DNA of 64,000 nucleotides from Antedon mediterranea (taxonomy: Eukaryota > Animalia > Echinodermata). The stretch spans positions 7,936,001-8,000,000 of the forward strand of contig NC_092673.1 of NCBI RefSeq assembly GCF_964355755.1, read 5' to 3'. The translations under genes and the position numbers were made by a program. This document shows positions 12,123 through 23,700 of the stretch, piece by piece. The notes under the pieces were generated by a model. That model saw only the letters and a list, made by a program, of their open reading frames with translations. It ran no database searches and had not been told where the DNA came from. Positions within the stretch are counted from its first letter, which is position 1. Each line of letters starts with the position of its first letter.

Positions 12123-13753
12123 GGGTCTGTTTCTGCTGCATAACGCAATTTAACCGGTTATTTTAAAATAGATTAAAAATAGATAACAATAACAAGACCG
12201 CGTTTCTGCTCAATTTGTGCTCCGAAATAACCGGTTAAATCTATGGGTGGTCGTCGAGCAAAACGTCATCATTACCCAAAATGCAATACACTCAGACGGA
12301 AGTAGAAGTTGGCTGTTTGTTTACATCGACGTCGTGAGTACACACGTGTGTATTATATTGCCGAACATCTCACTCAAACATGTTAAAAAAATAAAATGTT
12401 GTCTCCAGGTCTACAAGTTTTGTTTTTTGTAAAGCCTACTTACATCGCTAATAAAATTAATTCTCATGGCGCCTTCAATAACATGATGGGGAGGTCGTGC
12501 AGCGCCCGATCGCCTAAACTAGGATAATTTTTATCCTCAACAAAGGCGATGACATACGGCCCTTCCCACGTGAACGACTGTTGTCTTTCGCGAGCGCGGT
12601 CCTACAAAACACCAAACGGAAACAAAAACGAGACTCAGAATGTTGCAATACTTACCAAACGAAAGTAGATAATTGTTAAATAATTATGAAAACCCAACTT
12701 TTATAGCAAAAATCGTCCGAATTTATGTTAAAAACGATGAGTTTAGCCACAAAAACTTAAATCAAACGAGAGTATCCAAGTCATAGAATATCGCACGCAT
12801 ATAGTGCCTTTAATAAAATAATGAGTATTGAACATTATTTCGTATATTTATGTACTAACATAAATAATAACACATTTCTATGCTTAATAAAATCATATTT
12901 AATATATTATCAAAGGCTCTGATTACCTTTGTTTTCGGTCGATGTGATGTTTTTCTAAAAAATTATAGTATGTAAAACGATCAAAGTAAGAATGTTCATT
13001 GTTCTCCTATTAAAGGCACTAAGGGCATGCCATAAATACGCTCGTTTGGATTAAGTTTTTGTTGCTAAATTCATCGTTTATAACATAAATTCGGATGATT
13101 TTTGCTATAAAATTTGGGTTTTCATAATTAATTAACCATTATCTACTATCGTTTGGTAGGTATTTGCAACATTCTGAGTTCCTTTTGTTTCCGTTTTGGT
13201 GTTTATATAGGGGACCATCCATACCTTTCGCGAGCGTGTACTAACGCCTCAAATTGCTTAGCTTGGGTAGTCCCCGGAACTCCACCCCAAACTCCTCTTT
13301 TACTTTCGCAAAAATGCTCTTATTTATTATCTGTGATTCTTTTCTATTCCCTGCCATCCTTCCCCGTACTTTCTCTCCCCCCACAACTGAATAACATATC
13401 TTGTGATTTCATTCATCCACATACATGTTCACTTCTTCGTTCGACTGTCAAAACCACGAGGAAAACACACACATCGTATGCGACGGTATCTGACCCGGGG
13501 TCACAACTGTCAATCAAATAACCGTTATTTCGTGTTGCAGCTAAGAATTGCTCAGCGATAACCGGTTAAACGGCGTTCTAACACCGATTTAAATTGGTGT
13601 TTTTAACCGGTTATTTTGCGCTGCCTTTTAACCGGTTACCACAAATGTGTCCTGTTTCTGCTGCCAAGAAAATGGAGTTAATTTATTCACACTGATTTTA
13701 ATTTATTCACACCGATTTTAACCGGTTATTTTCTATGCAGCAGAAACAGGCCC
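12123..13753. mobile_element. Non-autonomous PIF/Harbinger element (1.63 kb) carrying a nested foldback
   Basis: TIRs gggtctgtttctgctgcata / tatgcagcagaaacaggccc; TSD TAA at 12120-12122 and 13754-13756; six subterminal TAACCGGTTA palindromes. Confidence 0.9.
12598..13216. repeat. Long inverted repeat (arms about 12598-12813 and 13010-13216) with Kolobok-like TTAA-AGG ends facing inward
   Basis: Arms are diverged reverse complements, e.g. ctcagaatgttgcaatacttaccaaacga vs tcgtttggtaggtatttgcaacattctgag; flanked by a 12-bp direct repeat ctttcgcgagcg. Confidence 0.85.
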
Positions 13754-14035
13754 TAACACAATTATATTTTATTTTAAAAAAAGGTTTTATAAGTGGTTTC
13801 AACATTTATGATAGTAATGTCACAGTTCTGTGTCTGGACGCAAGTTCATAGACCTACTAGTTATATTATTCATATTAACTGATACATACTCTTCATTTAC
13901 CGTAAAGTTCAGTTTTAATGAAATATATAATATAAATTGGCTTCGTAACAATTAATTAGTTTTGAAAAGGTTAGTTTTTTGGTGATAGGTGAAAATGACA
14001 TGTAACTTCGTAATCAATTTATTTTTTTTGTATAA

Positions 14036-14397
14036 AGGCCCAATTACACTATGACGATAACGACGGACGATAAATACATAGCATGCATTTTTTTTTACAT
14101 AAACCAAAATAAATTAGAAAGGTTTTCGTTCTAGACCTATAGGATAATCATTTATGCTGTCTTTGATAAAAATAATGTTTTTCAAATTCCAATCAAATGA
14201 CGTCATGATAAATAAAAACAATAAAATCGCTGTATTGTCACGATATTATTGGTCTTACTAATCATGACGTCATTTGATTGGACGTGTGAAAATATAATTT
14301 TCATCAAAGGAATTGTTTATATTTCTTTTGGTTTATGTATTAAAAATGCACATTTGTCTATTTATCGTCGATCGTTATCGTCCTAGTGTATGGGCCT
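14036..14397. mobile_element. Palindromic MITE (Harbinger-like)
   Basis: aggcccaattacactatgacgataacgacggacgataaata / tatttatcgtcgatcgttatcgtcctagtgtatgggcct; internal inverted pair ccaatcaaatgacgtcatgat. Confidence 0.8.
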
Positions 14398-14709
14398 TAT
14401 GCTGTAAATGTTCAATTAATTGATCATTCCGATTTTATTAGTTGGACTCTTGCACAGTTGCTGTCTAATCGTTGTTGTGTAATATCATTTCGAACCATAT
14501 TAAAATCATAAAGAGATTCATATTCCTTAACATGTGGCTGTGCATGTAAGTCCGGTCTACAAAAACTCGGGCCCGGGATCATTGTTATTGGGCCGGAAAG
14601 TGTTGGTGAATTCATAATTATACTTAATATTATATTTATTATATATATAATCATATTATTATACAATTGAAAGCAAAACCCGTTGAATCTCAAATCATTA
14701 GGACTAGAA

Positions 14710-15725
14710 ATTTAGCTTATCAATCAAATAAATACTTTCGTTCAAAATGAAACTCCAACCTCTCTAATCAAAAGATTGAACTCGAAAACGGACCGTTTTT
14801 TTGAATTGGGTATGTTGAAACATTTCAATATTCATTTAAAAAAGTACATTAATTATGGTATTGATCAGTGTCTATAGAGGCGTAAAAACCCTCGGTCAAT
14901 ATCATGTAAAATGCACTGTGAAAAATTGGGCTTATCAACAACAAAATATTTTATTATTAAACGCGATAACATCAAGGATAATCAGTATAATTATTAATAT
15001 AGCCACTGTTACTAGTTTTATTCTACATGCTAAAGTAAATAAAAATCCACTAGTTACTGTAGGCCTATGATTGTTTGCAATGTCCACATATTATTTCCGT
15101 GAGCATAGTGTAACACTCACAAAAAACACGTGTGAGGTTCTTTCTTTAGATTTTGAAGAATGATTTGTGTTACAGGTTGACACAAGAGTCAAATGCTCAA
15201 GATATCGGCTAACGCCATGGGACCCTTGGCTTATCAATGAATAATAAATACAGTACTACTTTCGTTCAATTGAAATCGAAATCTGACCGTTTCATTAAAT
15301 TGGGTGTGATTAGGCCTAAACATATAATAATTTATTAAAAAGGTACAATAAAAACAAATGCATCAGAGGCGTAAAGAACCCACGGTCAATATCATGTAAA
15401 ATGTATATGGTATAAGCACTGTGGAAGGGGTCATTATTATTAAACTGGAAAATTCGGCTTATCAACAAATAAATAATTTCGTTTAAAATGTAAAATAAGA
15501 CCGCAAAATTGGGCTTATCAACAAATAAATACTTTTGTTCAAAATGTAAAATAAGACTGCACAATTGGGCTTATCAACAAATAAAATACTTTTTTTTCAA
15601 AATGTAAAATTAAGACTGGTGGAAAATTGTGCTTATAAACAAATAAATACTTTTTTTCAAAATGTAAAATTAAGACTGGAAAATTGGGCTTATAAACAAA
15701 TAAATACTTCCGTTCAAAATGTAAG
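14710..15725. repeat. Degenerate minisatellite (56-60 bp unit at 15450-15725) plus an older duplication of a few hundred bp
   Basis: gcttatcaacaaataaatact..ttcaaaatgtaaaat recurs near 14716, 14930, 15229, 15457, 15513, 15569, 15631 and 15688; agaggcgtaaa..cggtcaatatcatgtaaaatg occurs near 14876 and 15365. Confidence 0.8.
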
Positions 15726-15751
15726 AAAACATTTTTTAAATATAATCCTTA

Positions 15752-15900
15752 AGCTCTGTCTATACTATCAAACTAAATATGATGTGCCCATATTATATAG
15801 ACATGACGATGTCATATCACTACGATAATCGGGCATATCACTACCATATTTGGGCACATCACACTTTTTTTGTTAAACTAGTTGGGACAGTGTAGACACA
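15752..15900. mobile_element. MITE family A copy
   Basis: agctctgtctatactatcaaact ... agtgtagaca with the family core. Confidence 0.8.
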
Positions 15901-16489
15901 GAACTATGTGATCGAAACATAAGTCGGAATTGCACTGACGCGATTGATTTGATTGGGTATTTTTATTAATGTAATGATTCATTAAAAACTATAATACCGA
16001 TACGCGTTTGGTATTGGTCAATGGTAAAAAAACCCTGAGAAATAATGTTATAACGCGATTTGGTGATAGCTTAGCAATAATACAACCCATATACTATTAT
16101 TATAAATACCTATTACAAATCCATTCGTATAATTTTTCATCGCGAACCGAAAATGTATAAATGTTATTCTACAGACAGTAATTATATATTCAAAAGCCAT
16201 ATTATTATTATTATCAATACCTAAATGCGATAGTAATAACCACATACATTATTCCCAATACAAGTTTGTGCGTTTAATTCTAGAAAGAAACGACTGTGCT
16301 GACAGGCCAATGACATAAATCACAAGTAAAGTCCCAATTGTTCACTTGCGTTTTGATTGGCCGACCTATTATATTAGATTAATGAAGACTGTTCTTACAA
16401 CTGTCCAGGCAAAAAGTTACGCGGCGTTTTTGTAAGAAATATTTCTTGTTTATTTCTGCCATACACATTACAAAGAAGACAAAACCATT

Positions 16490-17190
16490 ATAAAGAGAGG
16501 GGGGGGGGGGGGCAAGCCTAAAGTCCAAACAGGTGCTAAACACCTATGTTAGTTGGTCAACCCAGAACAGAGCACAGAAAGAAAGAAATAAAAATAATTA
16601 CTTTCTACAATTAAAGCATCTACAAGAAAGCGACCAACTACACACATTTTAAATATCAAAATTATTTAAAAAATAAATATTGAGATAATTTAGTAATTTG
16701 GTTTTAAAAGAACTAACAATTTCACCGGGTAAGTTATTCCAAATTCTGGTAACACGTGGGATATATGATTGAAAAGAAGATTCAGTTCTGCAGCAACGAA
16801 TATCGAAAAGAGTACCAACAGAAAAAGAGCTACGTTGTGGATTACGAATATTAAATAAATTGTCAGTATTAATTATATTAGAATTGTATAACTTAAAAAT
16901 AAAAATGATATCAGTAAAGTGACGCCTATAACATAATGGCAATAAATTGCATGTTTGAAGTCTGCATTTATAATCAGCTTTAAAAATTATTTAAAATAAT
17001 TAGTTGCTCTACGCTGAACTCCCTCAAGTTGTCTTATATAAGTTTTGTAATTGGGAGACCAGACAGTAGATCAGTATTCAAGGTAACTACGAACAATACT
17101 TTAATTAAGAGACCGTTTTACATGTAACAATGGAAACTAACACGTTTAACCAGGCCTAACATACGATTTGCTTTGGAAATAATATAATTA
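16490..17190 (-). mobile_element. 5'-truncated, decayed CR1/L2-type LINE (ORF2 C-terminus and 3'UTR)
   Basis: Minus-strand translation ISKANRMLGLVKR..SIVRSYLEY*STVWSPNYKTYIRQLEGVQRRAT..LLPLCYRR..SYIPRVTRIWNNLP is typical of the region after the CR1/L2 RT; contains stops and frameshifts. Confidence 0.85.
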
Positions 17191-17559
17191 TTATCAAAAT
17201 AATAAAATGATAATTAATGTTCTAATTGCTAGGCTCAACTCTATTCCCCATTTTCGTTTAGTTCTAGCTATTTTTTCATTATTTCTAATGCATTTCCTAA
17301 TACACATACATTAATAGTAATACGGGATATTCTATAAAATATTTTTGATTATTCAATTAGGAAAAAGTGAATGGCAGCCAGGCGTAGTATTCATTTATTC
17401 GATCCCCATTTAAGAAAAAAGAACTGTATACAAAATCTTCTTCCTCAGAACACCAGATGTAATTAACAATAGAACAATTATCAGTTGTGTCAGCAGTCGG
17501 ATATGTTACTATATTGCTTAAATTAATGTTTTCATCAAAATAAACAAATATATTCTATC

Positions 17560-17797
17560 TATATTTGGAAACTGTTCTCGTGTGTGTTGACCGTCAAAAA
17601 CCGAACTACCCCCTCTATAAATTTTAGAAATTGTATACTTAGGATGGCGCTGTGTACCGACCGGCGGCGGAGCTGAGGAGGTGGGGAAAATCAAACCGTT
17701 CTGATCTGTCCGTAACTTTTTCGTAAGCTAGGGCTATGTTTTTAAAATATTGAAATGTTAATTATTTGACCATAGGATCACACAAGAACTCATAACA
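17560..17797 (+). promoter_or_regulatory. Probable promoter and 5'UTR of the CDK5RAP2-like gene
   Basis: GC-rich patch 17640-17700 with YY1-like gatggcg; ctataaa near 17615; candidate 54-nt UTR intron gtaagc (17723) to catag (17776) just before the ATG. Confidence 0.5.
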
Positions 17798-20700
17798 ATG
17801 GATTCAACAGCAGAAGATCCAACCCTTCCTATCAATTTTGATGAAAGGTATGTCTAAAAATAATCACAATGATGCATGATAATTCAAAAAGTCTAGCCTT
17901 TGCTAGTAGTAGGCCTACTAGGCCTAGGCCTGGCCCTATCCTACTGTAGGCCTATGTTAAGCTAGCTAGTCTAGTAGTAGACTATGCCTAACTATAGGCC
18001 ATACTATCTATTGTATAGGCTAGGCGATCCTGCTCTAGGCATAGGAAGGAGGGCTAGGTCGAGGATCTTTTTAGTTAGTATTTAAGTAAGGTATAATATT
18101 AATAATAAGCGTGTGGGTCTGTTCTTAAGTAGTATTAACACATCCCATCTTTTCACATTCATTCATCATAATGTAATGATAATATTATTATTTAATTGCC
18201 ACCTCACCTGTTGTATCCAAGATTCAATTGTTGTAATGAATGAAAACAGCCAGTAGACCCTAGGCCTAGTTAGCTAGGCCTATTTTATTTAGGCCTACTA
18301 GGATATACTAGGCCTATTATAACTAAACTAGTGATTAGTCTATTTTTTTTTCCAATAAAGTAGAAACATCTAACACACTCCTACATAACTATCAATATGG
18401 TTTAAATATTTGCCAGGTTTAGTACTAGTAGAGTTCTGTCAGTGGAACGCAGTTCATTGAGCAATTAAAATTTGCTAAATAAAGCATGCACTTTTTCACA
18501 AACTCATGATATAAAGTTTAATATCGATTCATTTTGATGGGTTGTTGGTAGGCCAGCATTGTTGCTAGGAATTGATTTTGTACGTTTGATTCCCGAATGA
18601 TTTTTTTCTCAACATCGTCTTTGACTCATTGGCTTTTTTACTAATGGTTTTTTTTTTGTTATGACCTAATCTTCTCAGTGTATACAGTAGCAAATGCGTG
18701 TGTTGGAGCTTAAACATTGGCCAGTTTCATTCTGCTGTTGGAACTGTTAAAACTACATAGTTAAGATATTATTATTATTGTCATCAATAGTTGTACTTGG
18801 TATTTAACTGTTAACACCTCATTGATTGAATAGACTTCTTGTTGTTGTCACATCTGAATGACTATCTATTGTGGTTCAAAAAGTAACAAACAAAAGAGCC
18901 GTTGAAATATCATTGTATTGTTAAATCTCAGTACAAAAATAATTTACAAATTCAGTACAGTTGTAGTTTTTTAAAGGTTTGCCATTAATATAGCTCAAAT
19001 GATTTCTAGCCACAGATATAATACTTTTAGTACTTACTTTAGTATCAGTATACAAATAATGAATATTATCAATAGAACAGTCAATTTTTCTTTGAATGAA
19101 ATATTTTCTCCATTCAATGAAACAACACATTCTATTATTTGTTTAACACACCTAAGTACTTTTCTTTAATTTATTCAGATCGTAAACCATTGATGAATGC
19201 TAGGCTGGGAAGCTACTGTATTGTTACTTGCTGCAATGTTGGATGCGTATGAAAAAAAAAAATAATAATATACACAATAGACCCTGTTATGGGGACACCT
19301 TAAGAATTCCCTGACCATAGTGTTAAAACTTATTTTTTTTGTTCATTTTACTGAAATGTATCGCCTTAATAGGTCCTAAGGAGGGTTTCTATTCCAATTT
19401 TCAAATTCATTTTTTTCTGATTTTGTCCTACAATTGATCTAAATAAGGGTTTTAAAATAAAATATAAAACTCTGAATGCGTAAATGAAAACATTTTTCCC
19501 TTTTGTTTTGTTTGTCATTTTTTTTTTCAACTTTGGCATGATTCATTTTAAACTTATTGTTATCAAATTTATCTGCGAGGTGAAAGCTAACTGAATGAAA
19601 TTACACATAGTTTCTAGCCTCCTGATTGGCTGTTGAATTTACTAAACTAAATGTTAGACGCGAATGAAATGAGGATAGGGTGATTTCCTGTATAGCAGCC
19701 TGTGTTTTCCTGTTTGTCGCAGCGCAGCAGTTGTGTTTTCTTTTTACAACTTTACAGCTTTCTTTGCAACTTTATATGAATGAACGTTTTTAACGTTAAT
19801 TAGAAATTGATTTATCACACTGTATTATTTAGTTGTAGACCTACATGTCAATTCAGCAGCTTTTAACTCAATTTTTGTTTACTATTTTTTAATTATTTAT
19901 AATCTGTTTCAAATGTTTTCACCTGCTTCATTTTTTCGTGATTTTTATTGTACATTGCTTTTAAGCTTTACTGGAATGACATAATATTTTTAAAATTAAC
20001 ATTTAAATAAAGTTAAATGTCAACATAACATTTTTTAAAGCTTTTTTTTTTCAAATTTAGATTTTGAAAATGAAAATATCATGTTGATTCAAAATGAAAT
20101 ACTATTGTAAATTTTATTTATAATTTATAACAGTATTCAGGGAATAATTTCGCCAGTGTAGCATAGCAAAAAGCTATACAAAACAACCTTCAAAATATAC
20201 TATAGAAATCTATGTTTCTTGACTCAAACATCAGTTTTATTAGCAATATTGCTAATAATTTTTTTCCCTGGTATTTAAACATAAACATAGAATATGGGTC
20301 TGCTATAACTTTAAAATTATTTTACAAAAATAAGTACTGTACAATACAATAGCTTACCTGTAAATGTTGTTAAAGTAAATAGTCACTCATTTATTACAAA
20401 TTATTTTATGATAATAAATGTTGACTTATTAAGCCCATAATGCTTAAACATCTATGCACTTAGCAATAAAAATAAGTTTTCAAAAAAATTATGAAAATAA
20501 AATTACAAACTGGACTATTTTATAAATTACAAACAGTACAATAAATTATATGAAAATACAAAACATTTTTGCTAATTTTACAATTTGTAAAGTCTGTATA
20601 AAACACTTAGATTGACAATGTATGTCAATTGATTGATTAATTGAAATATTATTCAAAGACTGGTCTCCCAGAGGGCCCAGTTGGTGATCAGTGGCTGTGA

Positions 20701-23700
20701 TGTACTAGTACTAATACACCGGGGTAACCCCCTACTCGTCTCGAAAGATGTACTAGGTTCTTTAAAGTGCACATGAGCTAGATGTGTACACTGGACTTAC
20801 AGTTTATAGTCCTTATCCGAGAAGACTCGTTCTACCACCAGAACCATGGAGTGAGTGAGCCTGTTTATAGAATTTATTAGATAATAATAATAGTAATGAT
20901 TTCAGTTACAGTATATTGATCATTTACTCAAATGACTATCTGTAACTGTATGCTAGGTATTACAGTACAGTAAGTCTTATTATACCAGGTCTTGGAGAGT
21001 GTTTGCTTGGAAACTTAACATGATTATATGAGTTTAATATTAATAAAAAATATGATATGATGATAGTTTGACAATTGTGTCATCTTGTTTATGCAATTAA
21101 ATTTTAATTAGATTAATAACAAATATACAGGTGATTTAATTGGCTTTGTTTACAAATGATGCATCATGTGCGAGGAATTCCCTGAATCTTCCACACCACA
21201 GGGGAATCCTATTGTATTGAACCACAATGCATTCTAATACTGATTACATAGCTGAATTCACTTGGAAGATACACTGATGAGTAACCTCTAAACTTTGACA
21301 AGCATAAGATGTACTCAAATCTATAAACAAATCTACAATGATTAACAAATTCTTATAAAAGATTAACATAAATTAACATAATTAGTAAAGGTACTTAATT
21401 TTGATTGCTCTAGTTAGTGGTTTATTGTGGTTCGTTTCTAAATTGCCTGTGGAAAGTGAAACGCGAGTTTTGAGTTTCAAGTAATATTTGTTGAGCTGTC
21501 TGTTATGGTTGGGTTGTAAAATGGAAGGTCACGTTTGTAATAAGGCGACCAGCTGTTGTCAATATTGATATTTTGAATGTAAGTTTGTGTTCATTTTTTA
21601 AATTTTTGAGCATAAAACCATGTTTTACACACTACTACCATGTTTCACACACTACTGTACTTGGGAATTATAGTCAGACTAGTACAATAGTTGCAGTATA
21701 GCTGGTAAAATATTGATGGTACAGCAATTATACAGTTTCATGTACTTTCTGAATAGTGGGCCACTTCTGTACGTACATTTGTACTACTGTACATGTACTG
21801 TATGCAAGTTCAGATGTCAAAATCTTAAATGTAAGTAAAGTTATATTTGAAAAATTTAAAAACTATACTGGTCCATTCAGCCCTTGTCATTGTGGACAGA
21901 CGAACGGGCACCGTTTGGTGGCAGCACTTGACACCCTTAGGGGAGTAGAAAGTTGTGGATGTGTCGTCTACACCTGTGCACAATTCAGGCCAGTAGGCTG
22001 CAAGTTGCAGGTTATATTCTCCCATTTAAATTTACATAAAACCTACAGTATCTCCTAATTTAGGGTGAATATCATATGGACACAAGTGGTCAATTCCATA
22101 CACCAAATGTTAGTACCAAGACCCTGGAGTATACTTCGATTAAGGTGTAATGTTGTACACAATGTTAGCATTTATAAATGAAGGAGTAGGTGTGGGTGAA
22201 AGATATCTTCCCAAATATTAACGTATTATTACAGAATAAGAAAAACAGTATTCGAAACAAATAATGAATGTCAGTATATACAGTAGTGTATACTTTAATA
22301 GAGAATCCTACTTGACAAACCATGCCTAGAGGGTCAAAGTTAACACTCATTGCTACATTGAAGTATCATACTATTTCCTGTTGTGCATTAACAAGTTGAT
22401 GATTACTGTATTACCTGAATTAATCAGCATAGATACAGTAGGTTATTATCTTTCCTACACGCTTCCTTGATGAACTTAATTAAAGAAAATACTTTCTAGA
22501 TCCGTAATAAATTAAATTTAAATCATATTGAAAAATGTCTCTTATTGTATTCTCAAACTTTCACATTTTGTTTATATAATCATAGTAACTGGCTGAACAT
22601 TTGCAAGTTGAATAAGATCATAATGTAAACATTGTACTATCACAGTAAATTGCTGTATATTTTTTTAATTATATGCTAAAACCAATCATACACTGTACAA
22701 TACTGTTGTGTTAGTGCGTATTCATTCTGGTTGTACAATTACAAAGGATGATGTTATATTCTTTATGTAATTTATGTGATCTCTCGCAAAGTTGAACCCA
22801 CACTGGCCTAGCTCATACGGTATCTAATTTTTTGGAAATACTGTTGTAAGATGAACAGCACCAGACAAATGAATAAAATTATTATATTCAAATTATATTT
22901 TTGATGAGATGAAGGCTGGTATACATTTATATAGGTGTGGTCTATCTACTAGGCCTACTCATCATTGTTCTCATCATTGTAGCATCTTGAAGGTGACTCA
23001 TCCACTGTCATACCTTGTCGCCCAACCTCCGTCTGTCAATAATATACCACTTATTAATGTTAATCAATGCTAGATACTGTGTAGGCTTACACCAGTCATG
23101 CACCAGCGATTCGAAGCATACACAGTCTACTAATTAGAAAGAAAAATCAATCAATAGGAGTTTAGATGTTGAATCACGTTTCTGTATAATAGTGTTGACC
23201 ACATCCTACTGTTTACAACATGTATTGCTTTGTAGTGATGGAACAAGAAACAAATCTGTCTGTAGATGAGACAATTTTTTATGTTTTTTAATTGGAGCAT
23301 GTGTTTAAAATTATGTTTGTGTGGAATCTCAGAATGAAATGCATCCTTTAATTTTGGAGATAATATTTACTTGGATTTAAAGCAGCTTGTTGTCTCTTTG
23401 TACACAGAAGGCAGAATATAGATTATTAAAGAGTAATAATACTGTATTAATACAGATATCTACAGTTATTGTAATTTCTGCCATCATCTACAGTACAGAA
23501 CAAGATTGAATAGAAATTGTCTATTCTACATTAACTATTTGCTATTCTGTGCTCTAGACCTACAGTATATGAAATATTGTTTCTTCTTAGCTGCGAGTAT
23601 TGTACGTCATGTTATTAATTGAAATGACAAACTGTGTTGTTTTAAATCATCAAGAAAAGTGATTTGTGTCATTAAACATGATTGGAATTTCTGTAATCGA

